Assembly: GCA_963848135.1 (NCBI GenBank)
Contig: CAWKCK010000005.1
Coordinates: forward strand, 1-64,000
Reading direction: 5' to 3'
DNA length: 64,000 nucleotides
Source of the DNA: an uncultured delta proteobacterium
GTDB taxonomy: Bacteria > Desulfobacterota > Desulfobacteria > Desulfobacterales > SG8-13
Every line of letters starts with the position of its first letter. Within the stretch, counting starts at the first letter, position 1. The translations under genes and the position numbers were made by a program. This document shows positions 32,527 to 43,487 of the stretch, piece after piece. Under the pieces are notes generated by a model. It saw only the letters and a list, made by a program, of their open reading frames with translations. It made no database searches and was not told where the DNA came from.

Positions 32527-32713
32527 TACATTAACCAATTCAAGGAAGCGTCAGGCAGCGTCAAAACAGGCGTTGCCTTTTTATAAACAATAGTATCATG
32601 TTTATGGTTATTATAATCTGTAAAATTTAGTATCTAAAATTACCAATAATAATTTATTCCTCCAAAATGCAGATTATTCCGACGAAACTGTAATCAGCCC
32701 AGAGTAAATGTAT

Positions 32714-32814
32714 CTGCTATAACTTTTGAACTATCACCAAGGATGATTTTCTCGAGACAGCCGGATCATATCTTTCTAAAATCCCCGGGAACCGAAAATC
32801 CAGTTACTGGCAAG
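32714..32814 (+). repeat. Array site R5
   Basis: CTGCTAT..CTATC..GACAG-CCGGATC-ATATC..CTGGCAAG. Confidence 0.8.
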
Positions 32815-32851
32815 CTATTTGGAGTCAAACCTTTTTATTGGGGATTAATCG

Positions 32852-33495
32852 ATGAAATCATCTAAAATATCCTTGCTATATTTGGTAGCCATTCTATGGC
32901 TATTGTCACTGCATGCTTGCGCAGGTGGATCAAATAATAAAAATACCCAACCGGAAAAAATTTACCCGATAGAGGAAAGGAGTATTATACAAGATGTTGA
33001 AACAATCCAATTAGCAACCATCGATTCTATCCCGATGAGGGCCCCAATAAAAAATAATTACGATAATATTATTTTCAGAAGTTTCGAGTGTAGCGAACAG
33101 TTTAAGAAAGATTATCCAGATGCGCGAAAGAATTGTAAGGAATCTATAATTTCAAAATTGAAAAATAAGAAAAATTATCTATCTGTAACTGATAATATAG
33201 AAAAGCCAATTCCAGGAAAAAGTTTATTTATAGACATGAAGATTATTGACATGCGAATAGTGACTGAATCAGCACGGGCTCTGGGAATTTATATGGCTGG
33301 AGCTTCTTATATGGATGTTTTGCTTAAATATGGGATGCTGATACCAACCAAATTATGCATAAAAAGCATCTATACACATATAGTAACCCATTTGGTTCAT
33401 ATTGGTCAGGCGGAGCATCTGACCGGAATCTACCATCTGATTTCGGAGTACTCATCGGAGAATATATTTTTAGACTTGTACCCGGAACACAATAA
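32852..33495 (+). pseudogene. Lipoprotein (DUF4410-like) with a 1-nt frameshift near 33326
   Basis: Lipobox LHAC; alternative frame gives IWDADTNQ..GGASDRNLPSDFG..PGTQ-TAA(33495), ending just before site R6. Confidence 0.6.
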
Positions 33496-33509
33496 ATCAA
33501 ATGCTCTAT

Positions 33510-33610
33510 CTGCTATAGTTCCAAAGATATCATCCAGCTTGATACCATTAATATAGCCATACCATATCGTCAGTTTCTATTTAATTTCTTTAGGTTATGG
33601 TATTGGCAAG
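33510..33610 (+). repeat. Array site R6
   Basis: CTGCTAT..ATATC..TATAG-CCATACC-ATATC..TTGGCAAG. Confidence 0.8.
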
Positions 33611-33719
33611 GAATATTTAGTTGCCTGTCACGTTGATGCATTGACAACTTGTTTCTTGCCAAATAGTAGTAATCAAATTGAGTTTTCAAAACCCTAAAAG
33701 ACATAGAAAGGAGTGAAAA

Positions 33720-34238
33720 ATGAAAAAATTAACTAATGTGGTGCTTATAGTTATTTTTGTTTTAATCATTGCTCCTGGACTCTCCGCAGCTAAAGAAGAG
33801 ACGGTCATAATCAGGGAGGGTTTTACTGTTCCAGATGGTAAGAGGCTTCTGATTGATGATATAACTGTTATGTGCAACCTTCTTATACCAACGTTTTTTA
33901 ACTGGCCAAATCCGGCTGTTCAAATGTTATCTGGATCTTCTACTCCAATTTTGAGAATAACATACCCCAACGATAAGTGTCCTGAAAATATTACCGGGGA
34001 GGATGAGCCACATTGTCCATTCCAAGATCATTCTCTTGGTGTTGGTTCAAATTATTCCGCAATAGCACAACATCCAGATGGAAGAAATGCAATTAGCATT
34101 TATGCAGGCCGCCAAACGTCAATTATTGCCGACGAAGGAGCAATTCTTTATGGATTGTGTCCAGTAAATCGTGCCGATGTATTAGTGGGAGCTGAATTGA
34201 TCTCCGTGGGGATCGGTCGTCTAATAAAAATGCCATAG
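33720..34238 (+). CDS. Secreted hypothetical protein
   Basis: AAGGAG RBS, signal peptide, 172 aa. Confidence 0.7.
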   Translation: MKKLTNVVLIVIFVLIIAPGLSAAKEETVIIREGFTVPDGKRLLIDDITVMCNLLIPTFFNWPNPAVQMLSGSSTPILRITYPNDKCPENITGEDEPHCPFQDHSLGVGSNYSAIAQHPDGRNAISIYAGRQTSIIADEGAILYGLCPVNRADVLVGAELISVGIGRLIKMP

Positions 34239-34429
34239 TTTCTGTTATGGCCGATAAAAAGCTTAGTCAGAAATAGCTCTACATTTTCATTTCTGCAATT
34301 AAGCGAAATTTTAGTAACTCGGAAACCAAGAAGGCCGACTTCAACATATGGTAGTTGGACTTTTTCGCTTTTGATTGTGATAAGATCAATGTATCGTGGA
34401 AAAAACAGTCATGGCGAAATTCAAGCCTG

Positions 34430-34486
34430 CTGCTATGAACTTTGAGCTATCTCTGGTCGATCTGCTTGAGATAGCCAACCGGTATC
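34430..34486 (+). repeat. Array site R7 (left arm and core only)
   Basis: CTGCTAT..CTATC..GATAG-CCAACCG-GTATC; right arm replaced by the integrase terminator. Confidence 0.8.
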
Positions 34487-34497
34487 TAACGAATAGA

Positions 34498-34528
34498 GGG
34501 GTGAAGCCAACCAAGGGATTCACCCCTT
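34498..34528 (-). terminator. Hairpin immediately downstream of the integrase
   Basis: GGGGTGAA..TTCACCCC. Confidence 0.5.
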
Positions 34529-34532
34529 TCGT

Positions 34533-35370
34533 TTAGCAATATAGGTTTTCAATCCACCTCATCGCCTCTGTATCACTGATTGTTCCAAGATACCGCTGAG
34601 TGGTTGCAAGATTTGCGTGACGGAGAATGACCTTGCTCACGATTTCGATTGGCGCTCCGGATCGAGAGGCATAAGTAGCCGAATGCCGCCTCAGGTCATG
34701 GGGTCTCAAATGGATACCGACCATCTTTCCCGCTTTTTTTACAACCAGCCTGGCCGCTGTATAGGTAATCGGAAAAATGCGATCATCTGGCCTGTTATAA
34801 GTCTTAATGGCATAGTCACGAAGCCTGGCAGCCACTTTCTGCGGGATGAACACAATCTCATGCTCTTTACCGCTTTTCGGTTCTCGCAGGATCAGCTTTC
34901 GATCCTGGATGTCATTCACTCTGAGTTTTAACACTTCACCGATTCGCATCCCGCCACGGGCCATCAGTTCAAGCATCAAACGATTACGAATTTTGGTGGT
35001 TCGGAAAATGATTTCATCAACGGTCTCTTTTTCGATGATTTTCCATCTTGATACCACCCTTTCCCGATAAAGCTTTCGGATCATGGGTGTGTCACACGGA
35101 TTGCCTATGTCGGGGTCGACGTTATTGCGGAAAAAATTGAAAAAGGCGGACAGGTGGGAATAACGGACTCGCTTTGTGTAGGGCTTGTTACCGTTGGTAA
35201 AGCTGTTAAGAAAGGAAAGGACATCATCTGGTGTAACCTGGGCAATCTCGACCTCACCGAACTCATGACAGAAACGGTCAATAACTGACCAGTAGGACCG
35301 CACAGTATTTTTTTTTCGAGTGGGTCTTGTGGTAATCGATCCAGATTTTTGCGGCTTTTGTGACTTTCAT
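34533..35370 (-). CDS. Tyrosine recombinase (about 278 aa) with a frameshift in an A9 run
   Basis: Catalytic R (GMRIGE), K (PKSG), HDLRR, LRH, Y (TQRY); ATG 35370 after GGGGG gives MKVTKAAKIWIDYHKTHSKK, which joins NTVRSYW only if A9 (T 35308-35316) is read as A8. Confidence 0.88.
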
Positions 35371-35429
35371 GGTTTACCCCCTTTGGTTATTGATGTTTGA
35401 CATTCGGGGAAATCCCGAGGTAAACTGAT

Positions 35430-35488
35430 GATAGCCAGATCGTATAAGCAGTTTCAACGGTATTTTCGATAGTTACAAGACTGGCAAG
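35430..35488 (+). repeat. Array site R8 (core and right arm)
   Basis: GATAG-CCAGATC-GTATA..GATAGTTACAAGAC-TGGCAAG. Confidence 0.85.
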
Positions 35489-35963
35489 CTAGTTTTAACG
35501 AGGTGCCACATAGTGGCAATTGACAACATTATCCATATATGAAAATCAATGATCAAGCGAAAGCTCATTCTGAATCTCCGCTGGATGTTCCATACGTTAT
35601 CAAACTTTTCACCTGACTATTCGTCTCCTCTTCATCAACTCCTGGCAATTAAATTCTATACCTAAATAACCAATAGTAACCGGCAACCTAAAACCATCAA
35701 GAGGAGGTTTCGTGATAGGGTTTGTCGATAACCCAATATGCCAAATTGCCTAAGGGGATGGTTTCGTTTTTTTTATTCTTTGCGGAAACAGGTTCTTCTT
35801 GTTGGCCAAGAACCTGATGGCCAATGCAGACGCATTTAACAGTACAACGGCTACAGGATTAAGGAAATAATGACTTAAGCGTTCGAGTAAGGCAATGAAA
35901 GTAAATTGCTGTGCGCAGGTCATACCGCTGTGAGGTCCAATTCTTCTTTTAGGGGGATCATCC

Positions 35964-36968
35964 ATGAAACGGAACAACATTTTTACCTTAATTTTTGTGA
36001 GCCTCTGTTTTCTACTTTTTGCTACAGCATCATATTCAAAACTGGCGTCAAACGAAGACCTGTGGGAAGGATCGACAATAATAGATCAAAGTGGCGATTT
36101 TAATGCGTGGCCTGTCGAGAACATATTCGGTCCTAGCGCCACCCTATTTAGGGATTATCAGGATGCCGGATTTCAACACTATGTTGTTTGGAAGACGCTG
36201 ATACCAGTATCACTTGATTCTATCAATTTGATCGCATGGCACGATTGGGGAGTGGATCCTCATGGAGATAATCGTGATAGGAATTACCGGGGATTTTCAG
36301 AGTTCAGACTCTACTATGCCAATTCATACGAAAAGAGTTACACTGATTGGAAGCAAATAATTACGACGACAACAAACAACCCCTACGGTGGAGGCACGAA
36401 CTACAGTGGTAAGAATTGGCTCGAATATGAGGCAACTTTTTCACCCATCACAGGACAATATTTTAAAGCCGTGTTTGTTCAGGCCGGTGATGGATCGGAT
36501 CATTACAATGATTCACAAGGACCAAGAGTTATTGAGTTGGATGGTTACTATAATTACCCCAAATTAGCAATATTGTGGAATTTATGGCATGAGACTGACT
36601 CTCCAAATCATTTGACCGAGGTCGTGGATTTTGGCTATGTCGGATGGGATAAATCGGGAGAATCAAAGGCTGACGCTTTGGTAGTCCTGGGTAATATAGG
36701 TTCAAAAGATCTTGAAATTGGCGAAATAGATTTGAGTTGTAACGAAGGGTCATCATACTTTGAAACTACCGTAGATTGTAAAAACAAATTAATTTCTCCC
36801 GGTAAAACGTGCTTTTTTTTAGCTACATATCGACCGGAAAAAGGTGGATTGCATTCATGCATATTGTATATTGAGTCTAATGACCCACAATACCCTAAGA
36901 AGCAAATACAATTTAGAGGACGTTCAATTCCTCCAGGTCAGTGGTTTCTCGAACTTCTTTTAGATTAG
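35964..36968 (+). CDS. Secreted protein, galactose-binding-like domain plus Ig-like (ASH/choice-of-anchor D type) domain
   Basis: Signal peptide; DFG..N.G..DL.I..I.PG.TC..Y.P..IESNDP pattern; ends QWFLELLLD. Confidence 0.65.
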   Translation: MKRNNIFTLIFVSLCFLLFATASYSKLASNEDLWEGSTIIDQSGDFNAWPVENIFGPSATLFRDYQDAGFQHYVVWKTLIPVSLDSINLIAWHDWGVDPHGDNRDRNYRGFSEFRLYYANSYEKSYTDWKQIITTTTNNPYGGGTNYSGKNWLEYEATFSPITGQYFKAVFVQAGDGSDHYNDSQGPRVIELDGYYNYPKLAILWNLWHETDSPNHLTEVVDFGYVGWDKSGESKADALVVLGNIGSKDLEIGEIDLSCNEGSSYFETTVDCKNKLISPGKTCFFLATYRPEKGGLHSCILYIESNDPQYPKKQIQFRGRSIPPGQWFLELLLD

Positions 36969-37154
36969 AGAGACGATAATTAACAGAGGTCTCTTAGTAT
37001 GTTAAAATGTAAATTCAATCTTACATGACAAAACATGAGGTCGAGTGAATACTGACAAACTACAAATACCGTCTGTACTAATAACGTCAGCGGAAAACTC
37101 AAGTGAGCTTCCCACGTTATCCAATGAATCGAAAATAAGCCTAATTGACGATAG

Positions 37155-37254
37155 CTGCTATGACCATTGAGTTATCATCTGGTCGATTTGATTGAGATAG
37201 CCGGATCGTATCGTCACAGATTGTTTAATTTCTGATATTTATGCCTTTGGCAAG
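37155..37254 (+). repeat. Array site R9
   Basis: CTGCTAT..TTATC..GATAG-CCGGATC-GTATC..GATAT..TGGCAAG. Confidence 0.85.
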
Positions 37255-37530
37255 CAAGTCAGATTTTGGATAAGGCTTAAATTGTTGTGCTTTCATTTTT
37301 ACGTATTTGCACTATTGCGGTTATTCAGATACTGGTACGGAAAAACATTTTACGCTGTAAAGTTTTAAACATACAAAAGGATTCGCAGATTGTGAAAAGT
37401 ATTACATAATGTTACACAATATGCCCTCAATTTTTTACATCTACCTTGTGGCATATGCTCAACTTGCTGAATTTATTTTCAATTAATCTGCTTATATTAC
37501 TTTATTATTGCACGTTTTTTGCATCTTTAA

Positions 37531-37645
37531 TCGCGTGGAAAGCAAATCTTACCGAAAGGTAAGGACAGAAAGCCACGGGTCTTGAATCCAACTGCTGATT
37601 CCGGTTTCTCAACACCTCCTATTGTCAAGATAGCCGTGTTGCCGC
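37531..37645 (+). ncRNA. c-di-GMP-I (GEMM) riboswitch-like motif with extended P3
   Basis: GCAAAT-CTTACC-GAAA-GGTAAG-GACAGAAAGCCACGGGTCTT..AAGATAGCCGTGTTGCC. Confidence 0.65.
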
Positions 37646-37871
37646 TTGTGACTTCGTTAGAGTCAGATGAAGATGACCCGGCTATTTTTGTTTGATACTC
37701 TCCCGGTAGCTGAATGCCTGTACACCTTTTTGACCTGTTCTCGAAATACTGAATTAACAACCTTTCTGGTTTAGGTATCAAGCCAACATCCAGTCTCGTT
37801 AGTTCTTCGCCCGTCGCGAAACTGAGTTAGCCTTTTTTATGTTTTATAGCCGAGAAGCTAGGAGGTAAACC

Positions 37872-39345
37872 ATGCGATTCAGTGCAAAATTTTTTTGGAC
37901 AGTGATGGCCGTGTCATTGATTATGGTTATTTCCACTGGACATGAAATACTCGCCGGTACATGCCAGGTTCAAAAAATAGCGGCTGCCGGGAACTATGAC
38001 CCCCAATATTTGACCAATGTCAACGATATACTGTTTTTCAGCGCTGATGACAGTGTGCACAATAGAGAGTTGTGGAAAAGCGACGGCACCGAGGTCGGCA
38101 CCGTCATGGTCAAGGACATTTATTCCGTGAATACGAAGGCAATCCTCTGTCGGTAGCTATCCTACCAAGCTGACCAACGTGAACGGCACACTTTTTTTCA
38201 GTGCCGGACAGATTAGCGGGGGACCACATAACCCGATACGTGAGTTATGGAAAAGCGACGGCACCGAAGCCGGCACGGTCATGGTCAAAGACCTAAATGG
38301 CATGGATCCGGGAGCTCCGGATTGGCTGATCAATGTCAACGGGACGCTATTCTTCACGGCCAGCGATATCGGAGAGGAAGGATCTGAACTGTGGAAAAGC
38401 GATGGCACCGAGGCCGGCACGGTCATGGTCAAGGATATCAACGAGACAGTGCGCCCTGGATTCCCTGACGATAGCAGCAACCCAATGCACCTGACGGCAG
38501 TGGGCAATCTGCTTTTTTTCACTGCCGATGACGGGGAACATGGGCGGGAATTATGGAAAAGCGACGGCACCGAAGACGGCACCGTCATGGTTGAAGATAT
38601 CTGGGCATTGACGATAAGCAGTGATCCCGTCGGGTTGACCCACCACCAGCTGATTGTGGCATTCAGCGCCGATGATGGCCTATCAGGCCGCGAGCTTTGG
38701 GGCAGTGCTCTTGGGTTTGGGGCCTATCAAATCAAGGACATAAGAACGGTTTTTGGTAATCCCCAGCTCAGCAGCAACCCTGAATTTCTCACTTCCATCG
38801 GTAGCACCCTCTTTTTTGCCGCCACTGCCGCGGATGGGACCGCCAGAGAACTGTGGAAAAGTGACGGTACAGAGGCGGGTACGGTCCTGGTAAAAGACAT
38901 CAACCCGCTTGCGGATAGTTCGCCGCAAGACCTTATAAATGTGAATGGTACGCTTTATTTTTCCGCCGATGACGGAGTAAATGGCCGTGAACTATGGAAA
39001 AGCAATGGCACAGCGGCAGGCACTGTCATGGTCAAAAACATCAATCCGCTGGGAGATAGCTTGCCGGAAGGCTTTACATATGTGAACAACAAGCTCTACT
39101 TTTCTGCCGATGACGGAATTAACGGCCGCGAACTATGGACAAGTGACGGCTCGACGTCGGGCACCATAATGGTAGAGGATATCCAGCCGCTCGCAGGGGC
39201 TGGCAGCGATCCGGAATGGTTAACAAACGTGAACGGCACGCTCTATTTTAGCGCTTCGGGCGGGCTTTGGAAATGCTATGAAAAGGAGGAGGATTTTCCC
39301 TGGGAACTCTTTCTCCCTGCAATCACTAAGAAACGCGGAAAGTGA
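37872..39345 (+). pseudogene. Secreted ELWxxDGT-repeat beta-propeller protein, frameshifted near 38125-38155
   Basis: Signal peptide and first ELWKSDGT repeat in 37872-38156; remaining repeats in 38179-39345; may be an assembly indel. Confidence 0.8.
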
Positions 39346-39458
39346 CGGAGAAACCGAGGCTGCTTTATTACCGGACTAGTCATAGACCAACTCTTCATTT
39401 TAGCTGTCATATGTAATTTTGGCGATCCAAGTCACCGATTCAGGGGGGCCTTCAGAGG

Positions 39459-40220
39459 ATGAACAGCAGGGAGATCTTACTTTCATTACCGAAGGTGTTG
39501 GACATGAAGGATAAAGGGATAACAGCTATAGGCTTGGCGATTCCCATTCTGGCATTTATTTTAATGCTTGCTTTTCCACAGGTTGTCATAGGCGCTGCTC
39601 CAAATGAGAACCTCACACCAATATATATGTTGCTGCTTGAAAGTGGCTGTCAATCAGTTGCCATCTCTCTAGTAAAGGACATCAATGGTTACGGAAGTTC
39701 TGTCCCAGAATATTTAACCAACATCAATAGTTTTCTGTATTATAGTGCAATGGACGGTGTTTACGGTGATTATCTGTGGAAATCGGACGGCTCCTCTTCC
39801 GGCACTAAGATGGTCAAAGACATCAATAGTGTTGAAGGTTCTAAACCGGAGAACTTAACCAACATTAACGGCACTCTGTTTTTCAGCGCATTTGATGGAG
39901 TCAACGGACGGGAGCTATGGAAATCGAACGGCACTCATGCAGGCACTCAGATGGTGAAAAACATAAATACCGGTGGTAATTCTTTCCTTTATTCACTCAC
40001 AAACGTTAATGGCTCCCTATTTTTCAGTGCTACAGAAGGCGTCCATGGAAGAGAACTATGGAAATCCGATGGCACCTCCGCGGGTACCCAATTGGTTAGG
40101 GATATCAATAGCAGCGGAGATTCTTACCCGTCTGGTTTAACGAATATCAATGGCACGCTTTATTTTAGTGCAGATGATGGGGTCAACGGAAAGGAATTAT
40201 GGAAAGCAGAATGTCGATGA
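39459..40220 (+). CDS. Secreted ELWxxDGT-repeat protein
   Basis: Four (E/Y)LWK-type repeats after a signal peptide; start may be 39504. Confidence 0.85.
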   Translation: MNSREILLSLPKVLDMKDKGITAIGLAIPILAFILMLAFPQVVIGAAPNENLTPIYMLLLESGCQSVAISLVKDINGYGSSVPEYLTNINSFLYYSAMDGVYGDYLWKSDGSSSGTKMVKDINSVEGSKPENLTNINGTLFFSAFDGVNGRELWKSNGTHAGTQMVKNINTGGNSFLYSLTNVNGSLFFSATEGVHGRELWKSDGTSAGTQLVRDINSSGDSYPSGLTNINGTLYFSADDGVNGKELWKAECR

Positions 40221-40411
40221 TAGCATCTTGAAGAAGTTAGCATCGTTAAGAGCTTTCAGTCGTATCGTGGATGATGTGGCAGTCTATAGTGCTCCAATGT
40301 GGCGACTTAATTTGCCACCCAAAACTTGCTTCATAATATCTGTATAAAATTAAGCCTCTGAAAAATACATATACTGTAAACAAATAATAAGGTGTGACCG
40401 ATTGCCGCTTG

Positions 40412-40511
40412 CTGCTATATAGAGCAACTATAAGTATTTCTCAAATGCTCATCATTGCCACATCATACTTTCACCGATGATATAATTTTTGACGTTTGGC
40501 ATAGTGGCAAT
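40412..40511 (+). repeat. Array site R10a (degenerate)
   Basis: CTGCTA 40412, TTGCCA 40455 (+43), TGGCAA 40505 (+50): same spacing as the other sites. Confidence 0.6.
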
Positions 40512-40531
40512 AAAGCACACGAATTAGTGAG

Positions 40532-40562
40532 GGTCGATTTCGTGGGATAGCCATAACGTACC
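40532..40562 (+). repeat. Array site R10b (core)
   Basis: GGTCGATTT..GATAG-CCATAAC-GTACC. Confidence 0.6.
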
Positions 40563-41086
40563 TGCCTGGTCATTAAGATTTTGACCACTGGCTCGAAGCC
40601 TATCTATTCCATGAATTGACATGGGTCGTTCCAGTTTCTGTAAGATACAAGCACAAGATTAATCTGGGCACGGTGAAATAGATTCAACTCAGATACCGGT
40701 TAGGATTGGCACTTGACCCCCATGGCAACTCCATTCTATTGATAGATATTAGCGTTTGTTCGCATTCCTCTTCCTTTTCTGATAGTACAGCGGTAATTAC
40801 GAAAATCTCAAATTGCCACCCCTTCTTGATTGTTGGATCGGCTTGTGTAGGCTCCAGACCCTAATTAATCTGACAGTGAAATGATTGATAACAGGATACT
40901 GATTTTTTTTAAAACCACACTTGATGTAACCGTAGAAAGTGAAAAAACCTTCTTTCATTTAATTCCTGCCAATGTGGGAATCAGTATGATCAAAACGGTT
41001 ATAAACGATCTCTCGCCTGTGTGAAAATGGCAATATTGGTATCTCTTTAGGAGTTTATTATGCTTTTCTTCACAAGGAGGAATGCA

Positions 41087-42484
41087 ATGAGGACAATCAA
41101 AATTTTACAAATGGCTATGTTAATTGTTCTTTTTATCATGCTGGGCTTATCATACGCGCAGGACGACTATAAGGGATGCAGTGACCATCCAATGTTTTCC
41201 AGAATACAGAACTTTTATATCTCCAGCTGCCAGGAAGTTGAATACGATTCTCACAATTTTTACGATGAAAAGGGTAAAAAGCAAGTCATCGAAGGTCATA
41301 AATGGCGGATAAGTTACAAAATTAAAAAAGGTAGTGCGCCAGCGGGTGTGCTTAAAATTAAGAAAAACTATATCAATGCAGTCAAGAAAATCGGTGGCCA
41401 TGTTCTTAAAGAAGGCGGACATTGCTTCATGAAAGTTGACCAAGCAGGCAGGGAAACATGGGTTGAACTGAATACCGCAACGACTACTACCGGAGATAAC
41501 TACAGTCTAATCATTGTTCAAACCGCTGTTATGGAGCAAGAGGTGATAGCGGACCCCGATGCCATGGCAAGTGATATTAACGCAACTGGGCATTTCACGG
41601 TTTACGGGATTTATTTTGACCATGACAGCGATGCTGTTAAATCAGAGTCTGAACCGGCCCTTAAATTGATCGCAAAAATGCTGAAGGCGAACGAGAACCT
41701 TAATGTTTATGTGGTTGGTCATACCGACACTACCGGCGAGCCAGCATACAATATGGAGTTATCCCGTAAACGCGCTCAAGCAGTAGCAGATCAATTGGTT
41801 AAGATATACAGTATCTCTCCGAAGCGTCTCAAGGCGGAAGGCATTGGCTCTTTATCGCCAATTAGCACGAACCGGACAGAGGAAGGGAAAAAGCTTAATC
41901 GGAGAGTGGAGTTGGTGGAGATGGGAAGCCAGAATACAGTACAAGCTTTTATTACACCGCCTGTGCAGAAACATACCACTGGAGGTCAACCAAGTAGTGA
42001 GTTTGAGGCCCTGCTGGATGCCGCAGTAGTATCTTACAAGGAGGGGGACAGGGTTGAAGCGGTTGATAATTTAAAAAAGGGGGTTTTATCCATATGGGAT
42101 GAGGTGCCCTTGACCATAAAAAATGTAAGACTTGTTGAAGATATGAAGACCTATGAAACCAGAAAGAACAGTACCTTTGGTTCGGGAGAAAAGATGTATT
42201 TCATTGCGCATCTTGTCGGCTACAAAATGAAGCCGGTTGGAGATTCCTATTCTATTAACATTACGACGGATGTTTATTTCCTTCGAGAAGGTGAAATACT
42301 AGCCGGTCAGCAGAATTTTGGGAAGTTTGAACTCATTTCACCCATTCAGAAAACGGACTTCCAGCTTGAGTTGACCTACTGGCTTACCGATGCACCGTCG
42401 GGCGATTATGACGTGCAGACGGTGGTTCACGATCAGAATTCTGGTCAAAGCACGAAGTTTACAACGCAAGTTAAAATGAGATGA
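41087..42484 (+). CDS. OmpA-family peptidoglycan-binding protein with extra N- and C-terminal domains
   Basis: Signal peptide; IYFD, VGHTD, N..LS.KRA, NRRVE. Confidence 0.85.
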   Translation: MRTIKILQMAMLIVLFIMLGLSYAQDDYKGCSDHPMFSRIQNFYISSCQEVEYDSHNFYDEKGKKQVIEGHKWRISYKIKKGSAPAGVLKIKKNYINAVKKIGGHVLKEGGHCFMKVDQAGRETWVELNTATTTTGDNYSLIIVQTAVMEQEVIADPDAMASDINATGHFTVYGIYFDHDSDAVKSESEPALKLIAKMLKANENLNVYVVGHTDTTGEPAYNMELSRKRAQAVADQLVKIYSISPKRLKAEGIGSLSPISTNRTEEGKKLNRRVELVEMGSQNTVQAFITPPVQKHTTGGQPSSEFEALLDAAVVSYKEGDRVEAVDNLKKGVLSIWDEVPLTIKNVRLVEDMKTYETRKNSTFGSGEKMYFIAHLVGYKMKPVGDSYSINITTDVYFLREGEILAGQQNFGKFELISPIQKTDFQLELTYWLTDAPSGDYDVQTVVHDQNSGQSTKFTTQVKMR

Positions 42485-42546
42485 TGTGCTATTTTCATCT
42501 AACTTCAATATAGGAGGTAGCCCGATGCTGTTAAAACAGGCACTAA

Positions 42547-42969
42547 TTGCCGTTTTTCCCGGTTTCCTTTGTGGTGGAATGGATGTGCAGGATGTTGACC
42601 AATATGCCGGATGTTGCCCCGTCCATGCATATGAATCGGACCGTAGCTCGATATGAGGATGGTTATGATGTCGTTCTTAGAGATGCGCCGGCGGTCATAG
42701 TCGCCCACGCCCATAAAGAAAATCGTGTGGCATCAGCAGCCTGTAACACCACACAGACTTACTTGGAATTGGCCTCAACCACCCTGGGAATGGGGGCCTG
42801 TTGGGCAGGCTATTTTAATGCGACTGCAACTACTTTTCCGCCTATGAAAAAGGCCTTAGTCCTGCCCGAAGATCACAAGGCATTTGGTTCCATGATGGTT
42901 GGATATCCAAAGTATCGATATCAACGCATGCCAATCCGGAATGTACCTAGAATCACGTGGCGACTATAA
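42547..42969 (+). pseudogene. C-terminal fragment of a nitroreductase family protein
   Basis: DAPAVIVAH, LEL....GMGACWAG, VGYP; N-terminal part absent. Confidence 0.7.
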
Positions 42970-43000
42970 AAAGAGAAAAGCAGCTCGTTGGATTACATAT

Positions 43001-43057
43001 TATAGCCAGATCGTATATACAGTATTAATGCTATTTTAGATAGTTACGAAACTGGCA
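43001..43057 (+). repeat. Array site R11, split by IS110
   Basis: TATAG-CCAGATC-GTATA..GATAGTTACGAAAC-TGGCA; the remaining AG resumes at 44608. Confidence 0.85.
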
Positions 43058-43199
43058 CCCATTAAAAGGCTTCCGTCAACAAAAAACACCACGCCATCGC
43101 AAAGGGGGTATATTTTTTTGCAGGAACAAAATTCAGTTCGACGTTCGTCCTATTTTTTTTACCTGCTCCCGAAATTTATTTTTGTTTTCTGTGCAGCGT

Positions 43200-43487
43200 C
43201 ACTTAATCTGCTAACAGGCACCCATCAGGATCAAGGCCAAAGAGAGAATATCTAAAGCCCCTGGTCCGTAATCGGACCCCAGAAAAAGATCGGTACCTTG
43301 TCAAAGCCAATTGGGTTGTCACAAGAGATAGGGCTCCTTTCGGGCCAGCCATTGCGAGCTTATGACAAGGGCAGATCGAAAAAGCGGACACCCGCCTGAA
43401 TCTATATTGTAGGGAGTGCAGCGGTGGCCAACCAAGCAATAGGGATTTTAACCACCAATAGCAAAGGATCACCGCTGCAGTCCCAAA
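43200..43487 (-). ncRNA. Putative bridge/seek RNA of the IS110 element
   Basis: Non-coding, hairpin-rich; contains segments matching the target (CCUUG / CUGG) and the donor junction (AUGGGUG / GAUUA); boundaries approximate. Confidence 0.55.

Noticed and set aside
37629..37636. GATAGCCG as another array site
   Set aside because: It is the conserved 3' strand of the GEMM riboswitch P3; no GTATC and no arms.
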